Under the pieces are notes generated by a model. The model saw nothing but the letters and a program-made list of their open reading frames with translations. It was not told the DNA's origin and made no database searches. Below are positions 1 to 14,522 of a stretch of 64,000 nt of DNA, piece by piece. Made by a program: the position numbers and the translations under genes. This DNA is from Proteromonas lacertae (lineage: Eukaryota): NCBI GenBank assembly GCA_002245135.1, contig NGBS01000334.1, positions 1-64,000 on the forward strand. The letters are read 5' to 3'. Position 1 is the stretch's first letter, and each line of letters begins with the position of its first letter.

Positions 1-13
1 TATCAATATTATA

Positions 14-1543
14 TTATAAATAATATATATTATATACTGCATCAATTGGCAAGATTTTCTCATTATATGTATGAATTGTTAATTCTACTGTTTCTCCAGG
101 TTTGTAATAGTTTTTATCTCCTTTTATATCAATATTTATTGAATGACTTGGATTTACATATATCAATCTTTCAGCTAATGGGATTTCATCTTCAGTATAT
201 AATGTCACTCGAAATACTCCTCCTAAATTTACTTCATTTCGATTTAAACAGAAATTTATCTCACCCAATTGTTTCAAATATTACTTCTCGATAATCCATC
301 TCAATCTCTTTCAAATATAGTCCAATGAAGTATTTATCCTTTATTTTACTTCTTTCTACTTCTATTTCGATTGAATTATTGTTATAACTATTATGAGTTG
401 AATGAATTATTGCTCCTTCTGTTACTCTATATTATATATATATAATATTTATACTCTGGCAAATCTATCATGTTATTTTTACATTTTGGATGAATTACAT
501 GTAAAGCATATTCTATACCACTTTGAGGAATAAATGGAATTGATTTACCTCGACCTTCATGACATGTTTTGATTGGCATTATCTTTATATTATTCGTCTT
601 ATCTATTATTTCACCTTCAAAATCACCTGGATTTCCATTCTTTAATAAACATTCATAATATATCACATTATGAACATTACTGATTAACAGGAACTACTTT
701 CTACATATACTTTTATATTTAATTCATTTTCATTATTCACGATTGGAATTGTTTTAGATGAACTTCCTATCATATCATTATAAAAGATCTTCACTGTTAA
801 TGAAATGTTATTCTCTCTTTTATCTTCTCAGGTAATTGTAATTCAAAGAGTAAACCTTCCAATATTTTACTTTTTCCACTTATTATTACATCATCGATTT
901 GACAACTTATTTCACAACTTTCTACTAATATTTCTCCACTTCCTCTTTCCACAGTTGAAATAATTCCACTCACTAAATCATTCACATTATAACCTTCTTT
1001 ATCAAATTTTATATCAAGTGTGAAATGAGGATCAACATAGTTTTGAATGTTGATTTTTCGACTTTTACATGGATAATTTTCACATTTTATTGTATATTCA
1101 CCTCCACTTTGATTTTCTGGAATATCCCATTTATACATGAAAGTACCTTCTGTCAATGATACTTCACTCTTTAATTCAAATCCACTTTCTGATGATATTA
1201 TCACTGTATCAGTGGTACAATCATCAACAAAGGTAATTCTTTTAACTATCTCACTTCTTCGTTTTATAATTTTATTATTTTCAGGTAATGTAGTTAATGT
1301 ATGAGTAGCATGATCTGTTACATAACCCATTACATAAACAGTTTCTTTTGGTTTATAAAATTGTTTATCAGTAGTGATATGGATGTTCCAATGTCCATTC
1401 TGATAGATCAGCATCTGGTATAATTGTTTTAGATTTATGAGGTGAAGTTGGAAGAGGTGGCAATGTGTTCCTACCAGTGAAATATCCTGGGTTTTAGTTT
1501 CCTTAAATGCTTGAACTGTATAAAATGGATTTATCATCTTCAA
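14..1543 (-). CDS. Alpha-2-macroglobulin-like (MG-domain) protein, 5' part; runs off the left window edge; split by introns and/or frameshifts
   Basis: MG-type motifs IHITTDKQFYKPKETVYV, IKFDKEGYNVNDLV and IKGDKNYYKPGETVELTI, plus HEGRG, across ORFs 797-1543, 427-666 and 14-277. Start not resolved. Confidence 0.6.
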
Positions 1544-1613
1544 GAAAAAGTTGAAAATATAGTCGTTTCAAAACGACAAAAATAAAATAAAATTTAAATT
1601 TAAACGAAATTAT

Positions 1614-4600
1614 TAGTCAACTATGAATACACTATTAACTTTATTAATATAGCAACTATTTTCATCTGAATTATTGCATTCTGCCTTTAGAGAAGGGAAT
1701 GGATGGATGATCGTTAAAGAATATTATAGATAAATTGAATACTTATAAAAAAGATATACATCCAACATTTAATGGAATAACTGATATTTTATACTCATAC
1801 ACATTGTCTTTAAAATCATCACATTTTACTAACTTCCTTACAAATCCTTTAACAAGCCAATCGTTTGTTGCTGCTGTAGAAGCTGATGAAGATGTTGTAT
1901 TGAAATCTAGTTGCATATAATCATTATTTGAACTATCTCCATTTCTTTCAACTATAAGAAGAAAATAGATATATGATATATAGAATACTTTTAATATAAA
2001 CATCATAGCTTTTATTTATTTTCATTTTTATATCTGTAGAAACTGTTATTATGTATTATAAATCACTGTATGACTTTAGATTAATATCGTCACTCCATTT
2101 GAACTAAAAATCAATATAAATATGGATATTATACAATTATTTCCTTTGAATTGTGAAGTGAATAATCAGTAATGATCGAATAATTATAATTCTTACTAAC
2201 AACTCTTCAGGAATAATAAACAAATCATAAATAACATTATTCAATTTGATTGGATAATTTGCACTATTTTCAGATTCTATAATATCATTTGATGTTGTGT
2301 GTTTTAATGATAATTTATTGATGTATAATGTCATGTCAGATATGTTGCTCATAATTGTCTAATTAATAATAAACAATTATAAATGTATGAATATATACCT
2401 GTAAATACAATTTCTTATTAAACCAATGAAATGAAGTGTTAAATTCAAATGGTTTTGTACATTTTAATGAATAAAGAATATCAATAATTGAAGGAGATTC
2501 TATTTCTTTACTAATTTTATCATTATTATCACCACTGTTCTTGTTATAAATAAATGTAAATGTTAAATCTGAATTTTCATTTTGTAGTAATAGAAAGTGG
2601 TAAATAAAAGAATACAACACCAGTGGGAAGTACATAATCATCATTATTATATAATATGGTATTATTATAACCAAGATTTGTGGAGGAAAACAATTTGCCT
2701 TTTAAATTGGGAGTATAATAATGTAAAAATTCATTATTATTATTATTATCTATATAATAAGAAGATATTGGTGTTGATCGAATGAGTGTAATATCATTGG
2801 ATTGTCTGATTTTTATTTTGGCATCTTGAATTGGTGAATTGATATTTAACTATATAATAAAAGAGATAATATACAATTACTAAGAGATTTACTATCTCTC
2901 CTATAGAATAAAATGGAGGTGATAATATTTTAAAATCAACTTCTAGGACTGATTTAGTTACTGTCAATGTAGATTCACATTGAATAGATGATGTTATAAA
3001 GATTATATTATTGAAATATATCAAGTAATAAAGTGGTTTATATTTATTGGATTTTGATGGAATTGTAGTTGAATGAAATGTGGTGTTATCTGTTGATGTA
3101 AATATGATTATTTCATTGTTCTATCAAAATATATGTAAGTTATAAATATACAAATATATCAGATTGTTCAAATACTTCAGTTTTTGACATTTTTGATTCA
3201 ATATATTCAAATTGCTTATCTGTTCCATAAACTATTTCATATTTTGTTATAAATGATGAATCTAAAGGAGACACAAATTGAATATTTGGAGTAATATCTA
3301 AAGAATCAGTTGATTGAATTGAATAAGATTTTACTATTAAAAAAATACAATGATATGTATATACATTTTATTGGAATTTTGATTAAATTATTTATATAAC
3401 AATTATATTGTTTAGTGATAATATCTGACTTTGTATTTGGATATATTTCACTTAATAACTTTGGTATTTTATCAACAAAGTGAATATAATACTTATAATA
3501 CGATTGTAATAACAATAACTGGTGAATAATCAAAGATTCAACGTTATTATTGATAAAATATATCTTTATCAATACTTCTAATAAATAATTATAAAATGTA
3601 TAATCCAAATTCATATAACTCATTTTCATTTCATTTAATAATGGAATGGCTAATTCTGATTGGTTATTTATAAGATAATAGGAGGCTAAATAACTATTCA
3701 ACGTATCTATAACATATGTTAATTTAATGGATTTTGTAAAGTCTAAAAGTGTAGTTAGAATGGAAATATAGTCTTTCAATTCAGGAATATAGGAAGGTAA
3801 ATAAAGATCAGTATTGTCTTCAAAAACTTTGCAATTATTTTCATTATTATAATTGAATAAATCCATATAGATTGAAGGTAAATGAAAGTTATATTTATAT
3901 TTCCATATATCACTTAACAAATCGATTAATCCACTAATAATTTGATAAACTGTATTCTATTTAATAATAATTATTTATATGTAAATACAATATTATCAAT
4001 ATGTTTACATTGATTTATAAAATACAATAAAGTCTGTTGAATTATATTATAACTATATATTAAATAATAATAACGATTGGAATCTGTTTGAAAATCCTAT
4101 TTGAATAATAATAATAATATATATACAGTTGTAGTATAAAATAATTGAAAAGAAATTAACATTTTCAATATATTCTGAGAAATCATTTCATTGGATACTT
4201 TCAATTCATAATACAATTGGAATTTACAATAATATAATGACAGTAATAATGATAATATATCAACTTTTGATTTATCAATAATAGTATAATTCAATTGTAT
4301 TATACTACTGATTGTAGTATTCTCATTTGGAAGTGTTACTGGTAAAGGATAAGTTTTTTGATTCTGTAAAATCAAATCAAATAAATCAGTATAAATAGAA
4401 AGTGGTAAAGCAAAAATACCATAGTTTTTATATAAAGAACAGAGTTTAAATCCACTTAACAATGTATCAATCAATAGTTCTTGAACGTAATCAGATTTCA
4501 CACCTTTTTCATTATACTTTTTTAAATGCTCTCTTATACAAAACAATATATCTTTTAATTCTTTTCTTCCATTTCGATATCTCTTTGGAATATTATCGTA

Positions 4601-6086
4601 ATAATACTTAAATATCAATTTCATATTTTCAAAGACTTTCACTAAATCACTATAATCATCAGGAATAGAAAATCCACTATTGGAAATTTGAGGTAAAAAT
4701 TGATTCAAAAATTCAAACAATTTATTCATTCTTCCACTACTTTTCATAGTAGAAAATGAATCAACTTTATGCAATTTTAATTCTTTACTAGTTGTTTCAT
4801 CTAATATTAAATCAGGTGGAAGTTTACTTTCTTCAGCTATTTCATTCAATAATTCACATTGACGATAAAATTCTGATAATACTATATTACTTACTTCACT
4901 AAGGTTTTTATTACTTTTACTATCAGTAGATGATTTACTGGTTGGTGTAAAAACTTCTTCGTTATTTTTATTATCACTGTTTTCATTTAAGAATGAAATT
5001 GGCGAAGATTGGCTTTGACTGATAGATTTAGAAATTGCTTTACTACTTACTGATACTTGTCTATTATTATTATTAATAATAGTAGTAGTATTTAATGGAG
5101 AAGACACTGTATTTGGAGATGATGTTGATGTAGGTAATGAAGTTGGAGTTGAGATGATCTGATCAATATTATAAGAATGTAATATTTCATTCAATTCACT
5201 TGATATTGTTAAAATAAACAATATATTGCCAGGTATATTACGATTTAATAGTATTGGCGATGAATGATAGGAGGGTGATGGTTGGATTGGTGAAGTACTG
5301 GTTATTAATTCAGATGACAAATTTGAATCTCGTAATGGTGATAAAACTGGCGTTAAATGAATTGATAAATCATCAATATTATGATACTTATACAAACATT
5401 GCAAATATTCTGATTTATGTATATTAATTCGAGTATTTAGTGAATCAAAGCATAATTTTAATATTTTGTCATTTATAGTACTCCATTTATCATAATCAGG
5501 TTTTGTAACGTTTGGATAAAATATTTGACATTCTATCCCTTCTAGATTGAATTCATTTCCTAATCTATTATATATTTTACTTTCTTCCTTAGTAAATTTG
5601 TCTGTTAATTTATTCAAAGCATTTGATTGGGGTTGCAGTGAAAAGGGTACAAAAATTATTAAAAGAGTCATATTCAATTCCATACAATTCTCGTACATAT
5701 AATGAAAACCTTCGGCAAGAGTAGAGGTATAATCATTGAAACTATTACATTTGAAAATTATTATTTTAATTATTGGTCTTTCAACTAGATTTAATTCTTT
5801 CTCTTTTTCATAATCTGAAGTAGTATATTCATATTGTACTTTAGGAAATACATGATTCTTATCATCTCTATTAAAGAATATACGATATTTCATACTCTAA
5901 AGGGAATTCTATTTCTTCGTTTGGTATTACATCAAGGCCCGATTCAATTAATGACCACAAGTTGTGTGGATCATAAATAGATATTTTAAACGGATAAGTT
6001 TCCACTTTCTTTAATTCGAAATTTCTATCATAACGAAGCACTTTCTTCAACGGTTCCCATGGTTCATTCTCTTCACAATTGGACAT
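1614..6086 (-). CDS. TRAPPC10: TRAPP II subunit TRAPPC10/Trs130-like protein (multi-exon)
   Basis: N-terminal ISIYDPHNLWSLI and C-terminal WLVKG...VIPLNVG...PFPSL fit TRAPPC10. A chain of same-strand ORFs is linked by short introns and one frameshift near 5880. Confidence 0.55.
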
Positions 6087-6379
6087 TTTTGTTGGTAATA
6101 TCTTTTTCTAAGAAGCTGAATGAAAAAAAGATTCTGAATAGCTTGATTATAATCAAGCCGACAATCTATTTTTCTTTTAACTTCGATAATATAATAACTA
6201 AAGTGGTTTGATTATAATAATATTGATTAGTATGAAATTATAAATTAATTGTATTATAGTTTATGAATTTTCCTTGTTGAATTAAAAAAGAACAATATAA
6301 CAAAGTATATAACTTATACATAGACAATAATTTAATTACTTATTTACATACGTAATTATGCATTGAATTTACAATTTAT

Positions 6380-7935
6380 TTAAGCTACAGTTGCTAATTG
6401 AGGTACTGTTTCTTCTTTTACAGCTATTGGAGCTGTTGGTAATTCAACTGTAACTGTTGCAGGTTGGCCTTCCTTCTTTAAAGGAGCAGCTTCTACTGGA
6501 ACTGAATTACTTACTTCAGTTTCTTTAACTGTGGTTGTACTACTTTCTGGTAAGAAGAAGAAACAATAAACAGCTGCAAAAGCACAAATTGCCATAAATA
6601 TGAAGAATACTACTTTTGAACCAACTGCTTTTTCTAAGATTGGGAATGTAAATGATATTACAATGTTGGCAAGGTTGTTAACTGTTACAGATACACTTAA
6701 ACCACTACTACGAATGGAAGATGGGAAAGCTTCGCTTGCTACAACCCAAAATAATGGACCTGGTCCCCATTCAAACATGAATAAGAATATGATAATTCCA
6801 ATAATTGATAAAGCTGTTACATTTGTTACAAAACTAATTGCCATCACCAAATTACCAATAGCTAATCCAAAATAAGTACCAATCATCAAAGTTCTCCTTT
6901 TGAATCTGTCAAGGAATGGCATAGCTAAAGCTGTACTAACAAAGTTCCATAAACCAACTACACAAGCTGTTGCAATATAAGGATCACTGATTCCAGCTTT
7001 ATCTAATATTGTATTACTGTAAAACATAATGGCATTAATTCCACATAATTGAGCACAAGCACCAAAGATTACAGCAAATGAATACCATTTTATTTTACCA
7101 GCTGTATCTACTTTTTCATCATCTTTCTTCACTGATACATTTGTTTGATTTACTCTCAGTTTTTTACCATTCTTTTTCTCTTTCTGTAAGTTTAACCATA
7201 CTTCGCTTTCTTTAGTAAAAATTAAGCAAACTAATAACAAGATACCAGCAATTGCACCAATAGCATATTGAATGGACCATTGCCATTTTTCAAATGGTTT
7301 ATATTCATCATAATCATCTTTACCAAAACCTAAATTGATGAAGTAACCAAAGGCCATGCTTAAGGTTACTACTAGCTGCATTAAACTTCCGATTCTTCCT
7401 CGATATTTTGCATCGACCGTCTCTGTGACATACATAGGACCTACACAAGTGCAAAGTCCTACAGCAAATCCAAGAATTATTCTCATTACAAACACTGCCC
7501 AATAGTTCTCGATGATTGCTAAAATTATTGGTATTATTGTCAAAATAACACCACCTAAACCTAAACTCTTACGACGACCAATCTTATCAGCAATCCATAT
7601 ACCTATTGTACTACCAGCAACCATACCGAATAATAATGCTGAAGTGTATAGCCCCTATCATTTTATAAATATATATAGTATATACATAGTACACAGATAA
7701 TAAATTTTCATCCTCTAAATTATCAAAGTAGGTGTACTTGATAATCTGAACTTTCAAACCACTGACAATGGCACTATTATATCCTAATGCTAGACCACAT
7801 AGTGAGTTAACGAGACCTATTTATATGAATATATATTCATTAATTAGATTGTGAGAATTATAAATTAAAGAAATAGATATAATAAACAGGGGTATTTGAT
7901 AGATGTATACCTGGAATTAATAAATCAGATAACAT
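6380..7935 (-). CDS. MFS sugar porter (GLUT-like), copy 1
   Basis: ATG at 7935 (MLSDLLIP), three short 5' introns. Motifs DKIGRR, YVTE...RG, AQLCGINAIMFYS, DRFKRR, WGPGP, SEAFP, LPES. Confidence 0.92.
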
Positions 7936-7984
7936 AATTAACCAAATATTCTAAATTGTTAAGAAATTTGGAAATGAAGAAACA

Positions 7985-7995
7985 ATATCGATTCA
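7985..7995 (-). promoter_or_regulatory. TGAATCGATAT motif upstream of sugar porter copy 1
   Basis: Variant of the TGAAYCGRYAT motif found upstream of the GH3 and porter copy 2; about 50 bp before the ATG. Confidence 0.5.
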
Positions 7996-8305
7996 CAAAA
8001 TTGAAAACGTTTCAAATCTATCCAATAGATTTATTTTATAAAATACAAAATGATTAACAAATATATATGCTTAAATTATTACTGTGAGAAATATTTGCGT
8101 AGTAAAAGTGAGATAAATCAACAAAGTTGTGATTTATTAATTTTAAGTCAATCCTTTATAATTGTGTATATAGAAAAAGACTAAAAGAATAATATATACA
8201 AAACTATCAAAATAGCAGATTAATAGAATTTTTAAGAAATTAATAACATTTGTATAAGAAATAACTAACACCACTAAATTGGAAAGTTTGACTTTAATTT
8301 AAACG

Positions 8306-8686
8306 TTAATACTCATTTTTAATATTTTTTACGCTATTTTTCTTCTGTTGGTAAATCAGGTTTTTCACAGTAGTATTATCAGCTCTTTCTTTTTCTTTCT
8401 TCAATCCATCAGCTGATATATCATTAGCTGATTTTTGGATTGTCTTTTTCTTGGATGTTAACCTAACCAGTTTTTCATCATTATTACCTTCAAATACTGG
8501 AAAACGATTTGAACCACAATCATCATGACTATTTGATTTAGGATTTATTTTAGATTCATTTTCTATTACAAGCTTATTTGTATCAAGATTGGACCACGAA
8601 ACTAAATTCACCTTTGATGTCTTAAATATTCCACAGCAGCTAAAGGTAGTACCTAAATCTATTCCAATTCTTTCTTTGTTAGTCAT
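8306..8686 (-). pseudogene. Heavily deleted Hsp70 relic
   Basis: MTNKERIGIDLGTTFSC (Hsp70 phosphate-1 motif) joined to short pieces resembling later Hsp70 segments (FPVFEG, DISADG, NLIYQ), about 126 aa in total. Confidence 0.65.
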
Positions 8687-9446
8687 AAAAAGAAGAAAAG
8701 AAAAATCAAAAAGAAAGTGAGCTTTCATTTATTAAAACTGGATGGCAAGAGATTCAGTATAACCATTTTCATTCAGTTTACCAACTTTTATATCATCATT
8801 CATTTTACATCTCATTATATTATTCATTGTTTTAAATACATCATTTTCTTTCTTATTCAACATCTCATATAATATACAGCAAAACAATAAAACATTACAC
8901 TCTTATCATTATACTCTCTTCCACTCATTTCTTCTGGACTTCTGTAACATATTTCATCTATTACTATTTCTTCTCATCTTCTTATTTGATTCAAACATAA
9001 ATCAACCAATTTCACTTCATTATTTTCATATATTACACTCACATAACATCATTAATATATTACTCAAATATCACTTCAACTCAAATATTTTCTAAATGAC
9101 ATTCGTTATATTATCTTCTACATATTATCATATTTTAAATTCTTTTAATTCTATTTCAACGTTTCAGAAAAGACGCTTATAAAAGCATATACTGCAATCA
9201 AACAAGATAATCCATTTCTAATACCAACTGAAACACAAGTTGTTGTTTGAATATATATATCCTCTAAAAAGATTAGAATTAAAAAGATTTATAATATATA
9301 TTACATGCATGAATATTTATGATTTTTAAAAAACAATATATTTAGCAAATAATGAATTTTTAAGAGTTTTAAAATCAAAAAAAGTTTGACGAGTTTGTCA
9401 TGTTGCTTGGGAAGGCTTGAGTATATTTTTTAAAAATTTTAATAAT

Positions 9447-11029
9447 ATGGCAGAAGTTAGCACAGAATACTATCATTATCCAAGAACATTTAGTCAATAT
9501 ATTAGATTGATAGTCATTATAGTATTATTGAAACAATCTAGTATCTAATAGTTTCTGAGTTTAATACTTTTAATATATGGTATAGAAATGCTAAATAAAT
9601 CTTCATCTATGGGTATAATTAGAATAATTCTTTTTTCATTAGGTTTTAATGTAATCGGTAAATGGTTAGGAATTTATTCCATAATATGTTTTTGTTGTGT
9701 TATAATATCTACCTTAATATATATTTATTTTACAGAATATATTGTAATACATTTTTATAACACAAAAGATTTATTATTGTGTATTCCTTCATTATTTATA
9801 TCAATAACATGTCTAATATTTATTTTAACATCTTATTATTCTATATCTTATGAAAAAATCGAAGAAACAATTAAAAAATGTTGTAAGAATGATACAAGTA
9901 TTAATTTTAGTCAATGTGATTTTATGGAGAAATATGGATGTGAGCCTTATTGTGGTAATATAACACATAGACAATTTGATGGTATTGTAATTAGATGGAT
10001 GTTAATATTTGTTTCTGTAATGTGTATATATGTAATTGCATCAGTATATATATTCATTATTATCATTGTTATTAATATTATTATAAATATCTATAAAAAA
10101 TATAGGGAGAATATTGTCATTACACTTCTAAATTGATTGAAAATGAAGGAAAAATTCCAGAAGAAATGATAAGAAGAAAGAAAATTGAGAAACTAGAGAG
10201 AGACATGAAAAATAATACCACTCCAGAGAAATATATTAAAAAGAGATTGAATGAATATTCGAATATAAATGAATGGAGTTGTTTTACTGAAAGAACAACT
10301 TCATTATCTGTTTATAATAAAAGATTAATTATAACAACAATAATATTAAGTGTATGATTATTGAAATATATGTATAGATAATATCCTGTATCTCAGTTGG
10401 ATTAAGTTTATATGAATTAATATTTACATATAAATTTGGTTTTAATCTAATTTCAAAAGATATATATATATGTAAACTAATCTTATCATCGTTTGTATTA
10501 ATCTATTCAGTCAACTATAAAAGAATATGTATAAAATGTAATGAAAATAGAAACAAAGGTTATGACAATTTAAAGAATCTGATTTTATTGATTTATTTAG
10601 CTGTAGGTATGTGTATATTTGGTTATAATTATATGAATAATTCCAAATATAATTATATGTCAAATTATTCTGAAACCTATGAAAAATGTTGTATAAATCA
10701 TGTTTCATCCAGCAAAGTATCTATCTATAATATAATATAATATAATTATATGTAATTAAAAATAGTGTGATATCTTACCAGAAAACAGTTGTAAAAGTTT
10801 TGGTTATTATGTAAATGTTCTTAGACAAAAGGATAAATTATTCTTAAATAATACAAATGATTTAAGTATTATTTTGGTTGGTATATATTGTGGAGTTATT
10901 ATATTGAAAATTGTATATATGACCAGAGAAGAAGCAAGAGAAGAAAAAATGGAATTTGAGAATTTCTTGGTAGAGCTTGGATATAGTAATATTTTAAATC
11001 AATACAATTTACTTTATCACCACCAGTAA
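9447..11029 (+). CDS. Multi-pass membrane protein with Cys-rich loops (tetraspanin-like, possibly a tandem pair); exon structure uncertain
   Basis: Hydrophobic helices around the loop KKCCKND..QCDF..GCEPYCG; a second EKCC-containing segment and a TM near 10680-10920; stop at 11027-11029. Confidence 0.35.
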
Positions 11030-11485
11030 TTTAATTGAAATGAATAAATCAATAGAAATAATCTTTATACTATTTATATTTTATTGTTTTGCAGTATAAT
11101 ATTATTATCTATCGAAAAAGAAATATGATTATTAATTACTATTTAAATCATGAAATAACACATACGATCAGTAGAAGGTATAGTTGTGTTCTTCCAAATT
11201 AACATAGGATGAATAGCTCATACTATGTAGATATCCAATAGAAAATTTATTTCAAAAAGCTTGACTATGTCAAACTTTCAATTTTCTTTTTTATTTAATT
11301 TTATTCGATCAAGCCAAATAAATGTGTTTATAATGGTTTTGCACTAATATATACGCTGCAAAACATTAATTGTAGGTTATAAAACATAGATTTTATTCAC
11401 ATATACTTCCTTTGATACTGTTACAGATTATTTTACTAATAACAACAATGTTACTTTAAAAAGCATAGATGATGGGAGGAAGAGA

Positions 11486-11549
11486 ATGTCGATTCATTAT
11501 ATGAAACGAATATATTTTAGAAAACAAAATCTTTTGAATCGGTATTTGT
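11486..11549 (+). promoter_or_regulatory. Paired motif ATGTCGATTCATT ... TTTTGAATCGGTATTTGT upstream of GH3
   Basis: The 13-bp and 18-bp blocks are identical to those at 14523-14535 and 14547-14564. Confidence 0.65.
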
Positions 11550-11613
11550 ATTTTTTATATTTTTCATAGGCAAATTCAAGTAATTATTCAATAATTTCTT
11601 TATTTTCAAGTAC

Positions 11614-13996
11614 ATGAAGCATCAAGATCTGATTAACAAACTCACATTGGAAGAAAAAGTGAAGTTATTATCAGGAGAAGATCTATTTACAACTAAATCA
11701 ATTGAAAAAATCAACTTACCTTCTGTAACATTTGCTGATGGTCCATTTGGTATAAGAAGACTGGCACATAAAAACGCAGTTAATCCTCATGACAGTATTC
11801 CAGCCACTTGTTTCCCCAGTCCAGCATTATTAGCTTGTTCATGGGATCCAGAATTAGTAGAAGAAGTAGGTAAAGCAATTGGTGAAGAAGCTGTTTCAAG
11901 TAAAGTTGCAGTTCATTTAGCTCCTGGTACAAATATCAAAAGATCTCCCTTAAATGGTCGTAATTTCGAGTATATGAGCGAAGATCCTCTTTTAGCTGGT
12001 GAAATAACAGCTGGATATATAAAAGGAGTGCAATCAACAGGAGTTAGTAGTACATTAAAACACTTTGCTGTTAATAATCAAGAAACTCGTCGAATGATAG
12101 TAGATTCAATAGTAGATGAAAGAGCGTTACGTGAAATATATTTACGTCCATTTGAAATTGCAATAAAGAAATCTAATCCTAAAGCATTGATGTGTGCTTA
12201 TAATAAAGTAAATGGAGTCTATTGTTGTGAGAATGAGAAATTATTAAGTGATATATTGCGAAAAGAATGGGGATTTAAAGGAATAGTAATGTCTGATTGG
12301 GGTGCTACAAATGTAAGAAGTGAAGGTATAAAAGCTGGATTAGATTTAGAAATGCCAGGAAATAATGGATTAAGTGATCCTGAAGTAATACAAGCAGTGA
12401 AAGATAAAAAGTTGGATGAATCAATAATCAATCAAAGAGTGGATGATTTATTAGAATTTTTACTAAATGCAAGTAAAGTAATTTGTTCTGATGATAAAGC
12501 TGGAATAAAATTTGATATAACAAATCATAAGAATTTAGCAGTAAAAGCAGTTGAAGAATCTGCCATCTTATTAAAGAATGATGGAAATATCTTACCATTA
12601 AAGAAAGATGAAAAAGTATTAATAATAGGTGAAATGGCAGTAAAACCAAGATATCAAGGAGCTGGTAGTTCATTCGTAAATCCAACCGAACTTAAAACAT
12701 TTATTGAACAAATTAGTGAATGTGGTTATCCATTTGATTATAAACAAGGATATGAATTATCAAAGAGTGAAGCTAATGATAAAATGATAAAAGAATGTAT
12801 AGAAGTTGCTTCTCAATATTCGAAGATTGTAATTGTAGCTGGCTTGCCTAATGATAAAGAAAGTGAAGGATTTGATCGAAGTACTTTAGATTTACCAGAA
12901 TGTGAAACAAAATTGATGAATGAGATAAGTAAAGTGAATAAGAATATAATAGTTGTATTACATGCAGGAAGTGTAGTTACAATGCCATTTATTGATTGTG
13001 TTAAAAGTGTCTTACTAATGTATTTACCAGGTCAAATGGGTAATTTAGGATGTATGAATATTCTATATGGAGATGCAAATCCTTGTGGAAAATTAGCTGA
13101 GACATTCCCAAAAGAATTATGTGATACACCATGTAATAACTATTTTCCAGGTGAAGGAAGAAAAGCAATTTATAGAGAAAGTATTTATGTAGGATATAGA
13201 TATTATGATAGTGTCAAATTACCAGTATTATTCCCATTTGGCTATGGTTTATCTTATTCGAAGTTTAAATATAGTGATTTGAAAGTCTCCTCTGAGAATA
13301 TAACTGATAAAGATACCTTAGAAATTTCATTTAAAGTAGAAAATGAATCAGATATAAAAGGAAATGAAATAACTGAAGTTTATATTCATGATGAAAAATG
13401 CACAATGTTTAGACCAAATAAAGAATTAAAAGCCTTTAAAAAAGTATTAATTGAAGGTAGAGGAAGTATAATAGTGAAATTAACTCTTGATAAATCAGCA
13501 TTTGCCTATTATAATGTAGAAGAAAAAGACTGGATCGTGGAATCAGGAGAATTCACAATATTAGTTGGTTCAAACATTAATGATTTACCTTTAAGTCCAT
13601 AAAATAACAGTTAAATCATCCAAAGAAAGTGATAAAATGAAAGATTTATCTTCTGAATGTAAATGGTATTATCATCCCAGTAAAGATGTTATTCCACTTG
13701 AACAATTTGAGAAATTATTAGGTAAGAAAGTCGAGAAGGAAGTATTTATGAAAGGATGTTTCACTTCAGATAATACACCTGAAGAAGTATCTGAACATTC
13801 AGCAGCTGCTAAACCATTTATAGAATCTATTAAAACCAAGTTACTAGAAGTAATGAAGTGTAATGAAAAAGATGTAGCATTCATGATGATGTATGACAGT
13901 TTAATGAATTGTCCACTGAGGAATTTACCTCGTTCTTTTGATGGTGTGATAAGTGAAGCTAATGTTGATGAAATTTTAAAAATATGTAACAACTAA
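11614..13996 (+). CDS. GH3 beta-glucosidase (BglB/BglX-like), intronless; one apparent 1-bp frameshift near 13598
   Basis: Motifs DGPFG, PATCFP, GRNFEYMSEDP, KHFAVNNQE, VMSDWG (nucleophile Asp), SEGFDR, YVGYRYYD, FPFGYGLSY and an Fn3-like domain. Removing one C in AGTCCAT joins it to ORF 13637-13996. Confidence 0.93.
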
Positions 13997-14522
13997 TGTA
14001 TATTTAAAACCCATAAATATTGATATTTCTATTAGACTTCTGACTATTTTGAATTGCTTATTTTTTGTTATCAAAATAAATTCTTTTATGAGCTATTTTA
14101 TTTGAATGTATCAATACTTAAAGGTTATTAGGTTAATAACAGAGGTAGTAAATGAAGATTAACAAAATTTTGAGTTTTATAATTATTAACACTTTTACTT
14201 TATAAACATATATTGCAATATTAAAGTTGGAATCTTATGAAACCTTTCACTGTTAATAGTTTTTTATTTTAAATAGAAGCTTGAATTGTATCAAGCTTTT
14301 GAATCAGTTACATCACTTATTTCAGTAAATAGAAATAAAAGTGTATTTATTGTGTTACTATATGATTTTATATATAATAATAAATATGTTTAAATACAAA
14401 TATTGGTATTTAAAACAAAATGATTCCTTTATCAAATCTTTCAATAATTTTTATCAGTATAATATTCTAAATGATGAAAACATGTAAAATGTATGTAAAA
14501 AAGTAATTTCTCAATGGATGTC

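Noticed and set aside
8760..9130. Purine/pyrimidine-skewed stretch that may be a decayed coding or repeat region
   Set aside because: No open frame or recognisable motif could be supported.
11614..13996. Bacterial contamination
   Set aside because: Same AT bias as neighbours, shares a promoter motif with intron-containing genes, no operon context.
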